14,541 nt of DNA, taken from the NCBI GenBank assembly GCA_041640655.1, contig JBEPZV010000059.1:1-14541 (forward strand). Reading direction: 5' to 3'. The position numbers and the translations under genes were made by a program. Below the pieces are notes generated by a model. It ran no database searches. It was not told the DNA's origin and was given only the letters and a program-made list of their open reading frames with translations. Position 1 is the stretch's first letter. Each line of letters begins with the position of its first letter. Shown here in pieces: positions 6,495-14,540 of the stretch. This stretch comes from a bacterium. Lineage in GTDB: Bacteria > Acidobacteriota > Blastocatellia > HR10.

Positions 6495-6926
6495 ATGTCG
6501 GGAGAGGAATTGGCCCGCGAGATTCGCCACGAGCACGAGATGCTCGCTGCGCTCATGCAGCGGCTGCACGAGGACATGACGGCCCTTCGGTCCTCATGGG
6601 CATCCGCGCGTGATGACCTGCGCGCATTTCTGAATCATCTCCGGCGTCATTTCGCCTTGGAGGAGGAAGGGGGATTCATGGAGGACGTCGTGCAGCGCTG
6701 GCCGCACGCCGCCCCACACGTGGAGACACTTCGCGCCGAACACACGCAGCTCCTTCGAGAAGCGGAGCGCCTCATGGAAACGGGCGATCGCGTGATCGAG
6801 GGCCAGCTGATGAGCACATGGGCGGATGAGTGCCTTCGCCTCCTCTCGGCCATACGGGAGCACGATCGGAAGGAGAACCACCTGATCCAGGAGGTCTTCT
6901 GCCTCGATGTGGGCGGGGGAGACTGA
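6495..6926 (+). CDS. Hemerythrin-like (HHE cation-binding) domain protein
   Basis: Four-helix pattern with spaced His and HxxxE ligands: HEHEML, HFALEE, LRAEH and HDRKE. GAGAGAGGGG RBS. Confidence 0.88.
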   Translation: MSGEELAREIRHEHEMLAALMQRLHEDMTALRSSWASARDDLRAFLNHLRRHFALEEEGGFMEDVVQRWPHAAPHVETLRAEHTQLLREAERLMETGDRVIEGQLMSTWADECLRLLSAIREHDRKENHLIQEVFCLDVGGGD

Positions 6927-6997
6927 TCGCGCTCCGGGGCAGCGCGGGCACTCTTCGAGAAGGGCTGAAGCGTCAGACCGCATGGAGCAGAAAGAAC

Positions 6998-7270
6998 ATG
7001 AGCATTGAGCCGACGGTTCACACCTCATCGCGCGCGGCGCGCCGGCCGCGCGGTCGCGTCTTCCTGCTCACCGAGCGCTGCAAAGGCTGCCGGTTCTGCG
7101 TGGAATTCTGTCCTCGACACGTCCTGGCGATGTCCGATCGCTTCAACGGCAGAGGGTATCACGTCCCTGTCGTCATCGCCGAAGAGTCGTGCACCGATTG
7201 CAAGATGTGCGAGCTGCTCTGTCCGGAATTCGCCATCTACGTCGTTCGCCTCGAGGAGGAGGAGCGATGA
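6998..7270 (+). CDS. korD: 2x[4Fe-4S] ferredoxin, delta subunit of 2-oxoacid:ferredoxin oxidoreductase (90 aa)
   Basis: Two CxxCxxCxxxCP motifs ([12 protein letters not shown] and [12 protein letters not shown]) plus FNGRGYH and PEFAI. ATGA overlap with the alpha subunit. Confidence 0.9.
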   Translation: MSIEPTVHTSSRAARRPRGRVFLLTERCKGCRFCVEFCPRHVLAMSDRFNGRGYHVPVVIAEESCTDCKMCELLCPEFAIYVVRLEEEER

Positions 7271-8424
7271 AGCGCGGACCTGCGGTGCTCACCGGCGTTC
7301 ATTTCATCAACGGAGACGTCGCGTGCGCCGAGGGCGCCTTGGCCGCCGGTTGCCGCTTCTTCGCGGGATACCCGATCACGCCAGCGACGGAGATCGCCGA
7401 ACGCATGGCCGAGCGCCTGCCGGAAGTCGGAGGGACGTTCATCCAAATGGAGGACGAGATCGCCTCCATCAGCGCGGTGCTCGGGGCGTCCTGGGCCGGC
7501 GTGAAGGCCATGACGGCGACCTCCGGTCCCGGATTCAGCCTCATGATGGAGAATCTGGGCTTCGGGTATATGACCGAGACGCCGTGCGTCATCGTGAACG
7601 TCCAGCGCGGGGGGCCTTCGACCGGATTGCCGACCCTGGTGGGGCAAGGCGATATGATGCAAGCGCGTTGGGGATCGCACGGCGACTACGAGGTGATCGC
7701 CCTGGCGCCCAGCTCCGCGCAGGAGATGTTCGATCTGACCATCGCCGCCTTCAACCTCTCGGAGAGATATCGTCTGCCCGTTCTGATCATGAGCGATGCC
7801 GTCGTCGGCCACATCACGGAGCGGGTCATCATCCCGCCGGAAGAAGAGATCCCGATCGTGAATCGAAAGAAGTTCACCGGCCCGCGTGAGACCTATCTCC
7901 CGTATCTCCCGGAGGACGATCTGGTGCCTCTGATGGTCGCCGCGGGTGAGGGGTATCGAGTGTACATCACCGGCCTCACGCACGACGAGCGAGGATACCC
8001 TTCGACCTCGCCGGACGTACAAGAGCGGCTCGTGCGCCGGCTTGCGGAGAAAGTGCGGCGAAATGCGCGCGACATCATTCGACTGGAGGAGCGCGGGATG
8101 GAGGACGCTGAAGTCGTGCTCGTCGCCTACGGGATTTCGGCGCGCGTGGCCTACCGAGCGATGGAGCTGGCGCGCGCGGCCGGACGCCGGGTCGGTTGGC
8201 TGCGATTGATCACCGTCTGGCCGTTCCCGGAGGAGCGCCTTCGAGAGCTGGCGGCCCGAGTACGAGCCTTCATTGTCCCGGAGCTCAACCTCGGGCAGAT
8301 CGCCCGAGAGGTCGAACGCTGCGCTGCCGGACGCGCGCTCACGATTCCCGTCCTGCGTCCCGGAGGCGCCGTTCACAATCCGCGGGAGATTCTCGCGGCC
8401 ATCGAGGAGGCGTTCCATGCCTGA
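7267..8424 (+). CDS. korA: 2-oxoacid:ferredoxin oxidoreductase alpha subunit (385 aa)
   Basis: [47 protein letters not shown] and PELNLGQ motifs. GAGGAGGAG RBS before the ATG at 7267. Confidence 0.95.
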   Translation: MKRGPAVLTGVHFINGDVACAEGALAAGCRFFAGYPITPATEIAERMAERLPEVGGTFIQMEDEIASISAVLGASWAGVKAMTATSGPGFSLMMENLGFGYMTETPCVIVNVQRGGPSTGLPTLVGQGDMMQARWGSHGDYEVIALAPSSAQEMFDLTIAAFNLSERYRLPVLIMSDAVVGHITERVIIPPEEEIPIVNRKKFTGPRETYLPYLPEDDLVPLMVAAGEGYRVYITGLTHDERGYPSTSPDVQERLVRRLAEKVRRNARDIIRLEERGMEDAEVVLVAYGISARVAYRAMELARAAGRRVGWLRLITVWPFPEERLRELAARVRAFIVPELNLGQIAREVERCAAGRALTIPVLRPGGAVHNPREILAAIEEAFHA

Positions 8425-9295
8425 GGAACGACATCCCCTGGATCATCTCCTTCGGGCGGATCGGCTGCCGCACATCTGGTGTCCGGGGTGCGGCATCGGC
8501 ATCGCCATGCGCTGCCTGGTGCTCGCACTGGAGGAATTGCGGGTCCCCCTGGATCGCACGGTCGTCGTCTCGGGCATCGGATGTTCGGCGCGTGTCGCCG
8601 GATATGTGCGACTCGACGGATTCCACACGACGCACGGCCGTGCGATCCCCTTCGCGACGGGGCTGAAGCTCGCCAATCCCGACCTGACGGTGATCGTCTT
8701 CAGTGGCGATGGGGACCTGGCGGCCATCGGGGGGAACCATCTCATTCACGCGGCACGACGCAATGTGGACCTGACCGTCATCTGCGTGAACAACTTCATC
8801 TACGGCATGACGGGGGGGCAATTCGGTCCGACGACCCCACTGGCGGCGCGCAGCACGACGACGCCCTACGGGAACTTCGAGCCTCCCTTCAATCTCCCAG
8901 CCTTGGTAGCGGCCAGTGGCGCCGTCTACGTCGCCCGTTGGACCGTCTTTCACGTCCGACGCCTGATCACAGCGCTGCAAGAAGCGATCGCCAAAAAGGG
9001 CTTCAGCTTCGTCGAGGTCCTCTCCCCCTGCCCGACTGGATACTTGCGCCGCAATAAGTTGGGCGATGCCCTGGACATGATGCGCTTCTTCAAGACGCAG
9101 AGTGAGATTCGGCATGGCGCTCCTCCGGCCGAAGTGGGGATCGAGCTGGGGAAGAAGCTCATCCTCGGGAAATTCGTGGACGTGGAGCGGCCGACGTATC
9201 ACGAGCGCATGAGGAGACAACTGGCCGCGTTCTTCATCGAACCATATGCGGAGAAAGTGAGCGAAGAGGTGGAGGCCGAAGAGGTCGAATCATGA
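8417..9295 (+). CDS. korB: 2-oxoacid:ferredoxin oxidoreductase beta subunit (TPP-binding, 292 aa)
   Basis: WCPGCG, SGIGCS, HTTHGRA, the TPP motif GDGD...NN, YGMTGGQ and SPCPT. GAGGAGG RBS before the ATG at 8417. Confidence 0.95.
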   Translation: MPEERHPLDHLLRADRLPHIWCPGCGIGIAMRCLVLALEELRVPLDRTVVVSGIGCSARVAGYVRLDGFHTTHGRAIPFATGLKLANPDLTVIVFSGDGDLAAIGGNHLIHAARRNVDLTVICVNNFIYGMTGGQFGPTTPLAARSTTTPYGNFEPPFNLPALVAASGAVYVARWTVFHVRRLITALQEAIAKKGFSFVEVLSPCPTGYLRRNKLGDALDMMRFFKTQSEIRHGAPPAEVGIELGKKLILGKFVDVERPTYHERMRRQLAAFFIEPYAEKVSEEVEAEEVES

Positions 9296-9876
9296 GCCGA
9301 TGGGAGGTGAAGATCGCTGGATTCGGTGGGCAGGGGATCATCTTGGCCGGGTATCTCCTGGGCAAAGCGGCCGCCGTCTACGATCGCCGCCACGCGACGA
9401 TGGTGCAGTCCTATGGGCCGGAAGCGCGCGGAAGTGCCTGCAACAGTCAGATCATCATCGCCGATGAGCCGATCTACTACCCCTACCTCACCGAACCTGA
9501 TGTGCTGATCGCCATGTCTCAGGAGGCGTATGCGCGGTTCGCTCCGGAGGTGAAACCCGGTGGCCTGGTGATCATCGAGCGCGATCTGGTCGCCCTGGAT
9601 GCAGGACGGCTTCGGGATGAGGAATCAAGGGAGAACACCGTGCGACTCTACGCTCTCCCGGCGACGAAGATCGCCGAGGCGCTGGGGCATCGCATCGTGG
9701 CGAATATCGTCATGCTCGGCTTCCTCTGCGCGCTCGCACCGATCGTCTCTCCATCGGGGATGCGAGAGGCCGTGCGCTCCTCGCTCCCGAAGAGCGCGAT
9801 CGAGTTGAACCTGATGGCCTTCGAAGCCGGATATGAGCGCGGACGGCTGAGCCGATCGGCCGACGATCGGGTATAA
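9292..9876 (+). CDS. korC: 2-oxoacid:ferredoxin oxidoreductase gamma subunit
   Basis: IAGFGGQGIILAG, QSYGPEARGS and ANIVMLG motifs. ATGA overlap with the beta subunit. Confidence 0.94.
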   Translation: MSRWEVKIAGFGGQGIILAGYLLGKAAAVYDRRHATMVQSYGPEARGSACNSQIIIADEPIYYPYLTEPDVLIAMSQEAYARFAPEVKPGGLVIIERDLVALDAGRLRDEESRENTVRLYALPATKIAEALGHRIVANIVMLGFLCALAPIVSPSGMREAVRSSLPKSAIELNLMAFEAGYERGRLSRSADDRV

Positions 9877-9911
9877 TCTGGCCGGAGTTCACTTCACAGG
9901 AGGGAGAGCCT

Positions 9912-11012
9912 ATGACCCCATTGGCCAAGATGGAGGAGTTCGGGCACGAGGAGGTCATCTTCTGTCAGAACAAAGACGTCGCGTTGCGAGCGATCATCGC
10001 CATCCACGACACGACGCTCGGGCCGGCTCTGGGCGGCACGCGCATGTGGCCGTATAAGACGGAGGAGGAGGCCCTCTTGGACGCGCTGCGACTCTCGCGG
10101 GCGATGACGTACAAAGCGGCCGCCGCTGGCCTCAATCTTGGCGGAGGGAAGGCCGTCATCATTGGCGATCCGAAGAAGGACAAGTCCGAAGCGCTCTTCC
10201 GCGCCTTCGGACGCTTCGTCGAGAGCCTGAAGGGACGGTTCATCACGGGAGAGGATGTCGGCATAGACGTCAACGACATCGAGTACATGTACATGGAGAC
10301 GCGATATGTCTCCGGACTCTCGCCCGCGCACGGGGGCGGAGGGGATCCGGCTCCGGTCACCGCCTTCGGCGTGCTTCAGGGCATGCAGGCGTGCGTGCAG
10401 GAGAAGCTCGGCCGGGATTCGCTCAAAGGCCTGAGCGTCGCCGTTCAGGGACTCGGACACGTCGGTTTCAACCTGGCCGCGCGGCTCCTCGATGAGGGCG
10501 CGCATGTCATCGGGACGGATATTGATCCGGAGAAGGTCGAACGAGCGCGAAGCGAGCTGAAGATCGAGATCGTCAACCCCGAAGAGATTTACGACGTGGA
10601 CGCCCACATCTTCGCGCCCTGTGCCCTGGGAGCCGTGCTCAATGATCAGACGATCCCGCGCATGAGATTCCAGATCATCGCCGGCGCGGCGAACAATCAA
10701 CTGGAGGAAGACCGGCACGGTGTGGAGCTGCACCGTCGGGGCATTCTCTACGCGCCCGATTACGTGATCAACGCCGGCGGCCTGATCAACGTCTACGTGG
10801 AGCTCGAAGGCTACGATCGCGAACGCGCCCTGCGCATGACGCGGGGCATCTACTACAACTTGCGTCGCGTCTTCGACATCTCCAAGCGGGAGAACATCCC
10901 GACCTTCCAGGCAGCCGATCGCCTTGTCGAGGAGCGCATCGCGATGGTCCGGCGGCTCAAGAGCATGTACACGGGCCAGGCCGTCCACCGTTTCCGATGG
11001 GAGATGCGCTGA
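9912..11012 (+). CDS. ldh: Glu/Leu/Phe/Val dehydrogenase, leucine dehydrogenase type
   Basis: IHDTTLGPALGGTRM, MTYK, LGGGK (catalytic Lys), GEDVG, GDPAPVTAFGV, Rossmann motif VQGLGHVG, GAANNQL and YAPDYVINAGG. The 366-aa size fits LeuDH. Confidence 0.93.
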   Translation: MTPLAKMEEFGHEEVIFCQNKDVALRAIIAIHDTTLGPALGGTRMWPYKTEEEALLDALRLSRAMTYKAAAAGLNLGGGKAVIIGDPKKDKSEALFRAFGRFVESLKGRFITGEDVGIDVNDIEYMYMETRYVSGLSPAHGGGGDPAPVTAFGVLQGMQACVQEKLGRDSLKGLSVAVQGLGHVGFNLAARLLDEGAHVIGTDIDPEKVERARSELKIEIVNPEEIYDVDAHIFAPCALGAVLNDQTIPRMRFQIIAGAANNQLEEDRHGVELHRRGILYAPDYVINAGGLINVYVELEGYDRERALRMTRGIYYNLRRVFDISKRENIPTFQAADRLVEERIAMVRRLKSMYTGQAVHRFRWEMR

Positions 11013-11039
11013 CCTCGGTCACGCGTGTCGGCTGAAGAG

Positions 11040-11072
11040 CAGCGCGGGGGGCCGTCCCCCCCCGCGCTGTTT
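11040..11072 (+). terminator. Intrinsic terminator between convergent genes, possibly bidirectional
   Basis: 12-bp perfect stem CAGCGCGGGGGG/CCCCCCGCGCTG (11040-11051 with 11058-11069) followed by TTT. It lies between the stops at 11012 and 11090. Confidence 0.8.
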
Positions 11073-11089
11073 CCGCCACGGTCAACCGG

Positions 11090-12235
11090 TCACCGCAGCG
11101 CGTTCAGCGTGGCCGTGAGCACATCCCGCGCGAAGCTCGGATTGTGGACGCCCAGGCTCCCATCGTGCTCGATCAGCAAGTAGTTCCAGCACGCACGGAT
11201 GATCGGATCCGAAGTCGCGAAGACGCGCTGTCCACCAGGCTTATCCCAGATCTCGCCCGCCCGAGCGTAAACCTCTTGCCCATCCGCCAGCGTGAAGCGG
11301 AAAGCGATTTGCCCATGGACGCTGAGGATCTCGGCGACCTTGGTGATCTGCCGCCCGTCGAGCGGGAAGTTGTCCGTATATTGATCGGTCGCCGGATCCC
11401 ACTTCCGGACGACGCCGATCTGACCGCGAACGGCCAGAATCCGCCGCTCGATCGCGGCCTTGACCTGATCCAACAACGCCTCAATCGGCTTCTGCACGAA
11501 CTGAATCGTCATGGACGGGCCGTGGCAATTCACGCACACGGTCTCGGACGGCTCGAACGTATGTCCATTCTTGCCGAGCACCAGATGGCACGTCACGCAA
11601 CTGTCGCCCGTGAAGAGCGCATGAGCGGACGCGCGATCCACCGTGTCGTTCAGGAAGAAGGAGTTCTTCCCCATGATGACATCGGCCTGCGCGGACTCAT
11701 GCGGAGCCGTGTAGCGACCGGGATCGGTCGTGTCCCACTGGATGCGACCGTTGCGCGTATTGTGGCAGGTCATGCAGAGCGCACCTTCTCCAACGGCCCA
11801 GGCATCGAATCCCGCGGGTAACATCGGCGTGTTATCGCGAATGCGCGGCTCGAAGTCCTCTCCGTGGCAGGTCCGGCACGTGATCGGCTGCACGCGATCC
11901 ACGGTCAGACCCAGACTGCGGAGATACTCCACATCGGCTGCCGATCCATCCGGCTTCTTGATGTAGCCGGAATCCCCGGCCAGAAGCTGCGGCAGCCAGG
12001 CCAAGAAGCCCTGCTCGCTATGGCAGCGCCCACAGTGAGCAGCCGTTGTTCCCCGCCGCTCTACGGTCGCCTCCGCGATGGCCGTCTCGCGATTGGCGTG
12101 CTTGCTGCGCGCCCATTCGCTGGCGGGATTCCCTTGGGGCACAGCCGCCGACGAGCGCCCGAGCATCAGCGCAACGGCGAAAAAGAGGAGGACCCCACAA
12201 ACGGCGAAGAGCTTTATGTATGATCGCTTCCGCAT
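11090..12235 (-). CDS. Exported pentaheme cytochrome c (381 aa) with an NrfA/c552-like C-terminus
   Basis: Signal peptide and five CxxCH motifs (CGRCH, CRTCH, CMTCH, CVTCH, CVNCH). Also WARSKH, APHESAQAD and C-terminal DGSLGVHNP. AGGAGGTG RBS. Confidence 0.92.
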   Translation of the reverse strand: MRKRSYIKLFAVCGVLLFFAVALMLGRSSAAVPQGNPASEWARSKHANRETAIAEATVERRGTTAAHCGRCHSEQGFLAWLPQLLAGDSGYIKKPDGSAADVEYLRSLGLTVDRVQPITCRTCHGEDFEPRIRDNTPMLPAGFDAWAVGEGALCMTCHNTRNGRIQWDTTDPGRYTAPHESAQADVIMGKNSFFLNDTVDRASAHALFTGDSCVTCHLVLGKNGHTFEPSETVCVNCHGPSMTIQFVQKPIEALLDQVKAAIERRILAVRGQIGVVRKWDPATDQYTDNFPLDGRQITKVAEILSVHGQIAFRFTLADGQEVYARAGEIWDKPGGQRVFATSDPIIRACWNYLLIEHDGSLGVHNPSFARDVLTATLNALR

Positions 12236-12379
12236 AGCCGGTCACCTCCTTGGCTCTTGTATGCCTGTGAACCGTTCCGAAGGGAGAGCCGGCAAAACCT
12301 CAGGGGCTCCATGAGGCTTTGGTGCCCCATATCCCGCTCTTCCCTCCGCGCAATGCCTTTTCACTCCACGGGAGAGGGA

Positions 12380-12395
12380 TGCAAATAGCGTGCCA
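12380..12395 (-). promoter_or_regulatory. sigma54 -24/-12 promoter of the pentaheme cytochrome gene
   Basis: The minus strand reads TGGCACG-CTAT-TTGCA, an exact consensus match, 144 nt upstream of the start codon. Confidence 0.85.
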
Positions 12396-12433
12396 TCACC
12401 GAGCGGATGGGAGAGTGGGCGAGAGGATTGAAG

Positions 12434-12446
12434 CATCAACGAGTTA
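12434..12446 (+). promoter_or_regulatory. Candidate IHF site
   Basis: cATCAACGAGTTA matches WATCAANNNNTTR except at the first base. It sits between the sigma54 promoter at 12380-12395 and the candidate UAS at 12479-12514. Confidence 0.45.
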
Positions 12447-12478
12447 GCCCTTCCTCACTTGATGGCGAACGTCCGGGT

Positions 12479-12514
12479 TGGGTTTTATCGCTCACTCCTG
12501 TGCGTATTCCCCCA
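12479..12514. promoter_or_regulatory. Candidate enhancer (UAS): two 16-bp boxes with 20-bp period
   Basis: TGGGTTTTATCGCTCA (12479-12494) and TGTGCGTATTCCCCCA (12499-12514). Same spacing and the same CGGGT 5' flank as 6314-6349. Confidence 0.5.
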
Positions 12515-12590
12515 TCGGTCAATCCCCTTCATCTGGGAACGTGGCCGAGGGGACGAAAGACGGATGAGGCGCTGAGCCTCCGGGGAAAGA

Positions 12591-12608
12591 TCATGAAGAT
12601 CTTCACCC
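12591..12608. promoter_or_regulatory. Palindromic operator TCATGAAGATCTTCACCC (Rex- or Crp/Fnr-like)
   Basis: Perfect 12-bp palindrome TGAAGATCTTCA at 12594-12605. 10 of 14 specified positions match the Rex box TTGTGAA-N4-TTCACAA. Confidence 0.4.
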
Positions 12609-12673
12609 CGCCCCCATCTGTCTTCGCTGCGAACGCGAGTGCAGTGCGCGTGTGAGGAGCACGGCGTCAGTTT

Positions 12674-12689
12674 CGGCATGAGATTTGCC
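12674..12689 (+). promoter_or_regulatory. sigma54 -24/-12 promoter of the monoheme cytochrome c / radical SAM unit
   Basis: CGGCATG-AGAT-TTGCC keeps the invariant GG-N10-GC spacing, about 48 nt before the ATG at 12737. Confidence 0.7.
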
Positions 12690-12736
12690 TCAACGTGAGA
12701 TGGGATTATTGAGCAAGCTGCCGAAGGAGAAGAACG

Positions 12737-13150
12737 ATGAGCCGACGACAGACAGCGACCCTGATCGTGATGAGCGCCCTTGGACTTGGGCTTATGACCG
12801 TACTCGCCCCTTCTCAGGAGAGAGGCTTCATCGAGAAGGGACGTCGCCTTTACGTCCGGCACTGCGCGGCGTGTCATGGAAGAGACGGGAAGGGGAACGG
12901 ACCGGCTGCCGCCTCCTTGAAGACACCGCCGCCGGACCTCACGCACCTGCAGCGGGAAGGTGAAGCGTTCCCCATCTACCATGTGATGAACGTGATCGAG
13001 GGCGAGAAGGTCGTTCCGGCTCACGGGAGCCGTGAGATGCCGATTTGGGGGACGATCTTCCGACGAGCTCGCGGAGAAGCCCTGATGCGCTCGGACATCT
13101 ACGCGCTCGCTCGGTACCTTGAGGCGATTCAGGCGAAGCGCTCGCCGTGA
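12737..13150 (+). CDS. Exported monoheme class I cytochrome c
   Basis: Signal peptide, GRRLYVRHCAACHG, GNGPAA..L..PPPDLT and distal Met motif HGSREMPIWG. AAGGAG RBS. Confidence 0.92.
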   Translation: MSRRQTATLIVMSALGLGLMTVLAPSQERGFIEKGRRLYVRHCAACHGRDGKGNGPAAASLKTPPPDLTHLQREGEAFPIYHVMNVIEGEKVVPAHGSREMPIWGTIFRRARGEALMRSDIYALARYLEAIQAKRSP

Positions 13151-13222
13151 GGGATGTCGAGGATGGGACGCGCCTCAAGGAGAGCGACCGAGACGGGAGG
13201 ACTTCCGCTCGCAGAAGGGGTT

Positions 13223-14275
13223 ATGCGCGAGGCCATGCTCTATCACAAGCTCACGCCGCAGGACGTGCGATGTGATCTCTGCTGGCACCGGTGCCGCATC
13301 AGGCCCGGACACCGCGGGCGCTGCGGCGTGCGCGCGAACGTGGAGGGGACGCTCTATACGCTCGTCTTCGATCGCGTCGCCCTCCTGACCGTTGATCCGA
13401 TCGAGCGGCACGCGTTCTTTCACTTTCGACCTGGGACCTATGCGTTGGCGCTCGCGACGGTGGGATGCAACTGGCGCTGCCGATATTGTGCGAACCACGC
13501 GCTCTCGCAAATGCCCAAAGGACCACGCGGGCGCCTCCTCGGTCGCCGCCTCTCTCCAGAAGAGATCGTGAAGACGGCGCTCACGCATCGCTGCCAGAAC
13601 CTCATCTACACGTACACGGAGCCGACGGTCTTCTTCGAGCTGGTATACGAAACGGCGCGTCTGGGAACTGCTCATGGGCTCAGGAATCTCATTGTCACCA
13701 ACGGCTATCTGACGCCAGCAGCCCTCCGGATGCTCCGTCCCTATCTCGATGCGGCCCATGTGGACGTGAAGGGCTACGATGACCGTCGGCATCGCCGAAT
13801 GTGCGGAGCTCGCCGGCGCCCCGTCTTTGAATGTCTGCGCCAGCTCAAGGACATGGAGGTATGGGTCGAGGTGACGACCCCGATCATCCCTGGTCATAAT
13901 GATTCGGACGAGGAGCTTCGCGCCATCGCGGAGTTCCTCGCCTCCCTCTCCTATAGCATCCCCTGGCACGTGACCGCCTTCCTCCCCGCGTATGAGATGA
14001 AAGATCACCTGCCTGCGGCATTTGAAGCTGTGCAGCGTGCTTATATGATCGGTCGCAGCGTAGGCTTACACTACGTCTACTGTCATGACGCGCCCGGCTC
14101 GGCCTGCGCGAGCACGTTTTGTCCACAGTGTCGGACCGTGCTGATTGAGCGAGCTGGTTTCACTGTGCTGGCGAACCGGATCACCTACGACCGATGCCCG
14201 CAGTGCGGTCGGCTCGTGGACGGCGTCCAGATGAGCTCCATCCCCCTCTCCCTTCACCACGTCATCGCCTCTTGA
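13223..14275 (+). CDS. amrS: AmmeMemoRadiSam-system radical SAM enzyme (PflA-related, about 350 aa)
   Basis: N-terminal CDLCWHRC..GRCGVR, DPIE..FHF.PG, radical SAM motif GCNWRCRYC, YTYTEP, VTNGY, VWVEVTT..IPGHND and C-terminal CPQC..CPQCG. The start is set at MREAMLY (13223, GAAGGGG RBS); 13154 is an alternative. Confidence 0.9.
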   Translation: MREAMLYHKLTPQDVRCDLCWHRCRIRPGHRGRCGVRANVEGTLYTLVFDRVALLTVDPIERHAFFHFRPGTYALALATVGCNWRCRYCANHALSQMPKGPRGRLLGRRLSPEEIVKTALTHRCQNLIYTYTEPTVFFELVYETARLGTAHGLRNLIVTNGYLTPAALRMLRPYLDAAHVDVKGYDDRRHRRMCGARRRPVFECLRQLKDMEVWVEVTTPIIPGHNDSDEELRAIAEFLASLSYSIPWHVTAFLPAYEMKDHLPAAFEAVQRAYMIGRSVGLHYVYCHDAPGSACASTFCPQCRTVLIERAGFTVLANRITYDRCPQCGRLVDGVQMSSIPLSLHHVIAS

Positions 14276-14360
14276 GCGGAACACCCAACCTGACGCGCCC
14301 TCTCCGCGTGCTGAGGAGAGTCCCTCAAACGACCTCCCCCCTTCGCTCACCCGTGCACTC

Positions 14361-14540
14361 TCAGGACGCGGCAGCAGCCATCCGCTCCTCGATGGGGACG
14401 TAGTCGCGGCGTGGGGGGCCGATGTAGATTTGGCGGGGTCGGGCGATCTTCTGCTCGGGGTCCTGCAGCATCTCGAGCCAGTGGGCGATCCAGCCCGCCG
14501 TCCGAGGGATGGCAAACAGCACCGGGAACATCTCCACCGG
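14361..14540 (-). CDS. gltA: Citrate synthase, C-terminal part (gene enters from the right edge)
   Basis: Manual translation gives [59 protein letters not shown], the typical citrate synthase C-terminus (LFAxxRxxGWxAH..E, IxRPRQxY). Not in the ORF track. Confidence 0.93.
   Translation of the reverse strand, partial: PVEMFPVLFAIPRTAGWIAHWLEMLQDPEQKIARPRQIYIGPPRRDYVPIEERMAAAAS

Noticed and set aside
7237..10988. Long minus-strand ORFs (393, 293 and 364 aa) opposite korA, korB and ldh
   Set aside because: They are in-register antisense shadows caused by codon bias of well-supported plus-strand genes.
12428..12439. TTGAAGCATCAA as an FNR box
   Set aside because: It is 2 nt shorter than TTGAT-N4-ATCAA, and the overlapping IHF-like reading fits better.
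14066..14515. 149-aa minus-strand ORF at the right end
   Set aside because: Wrong frame; the real coding frame there is the citrate synthase C-terminus ending at 14361.
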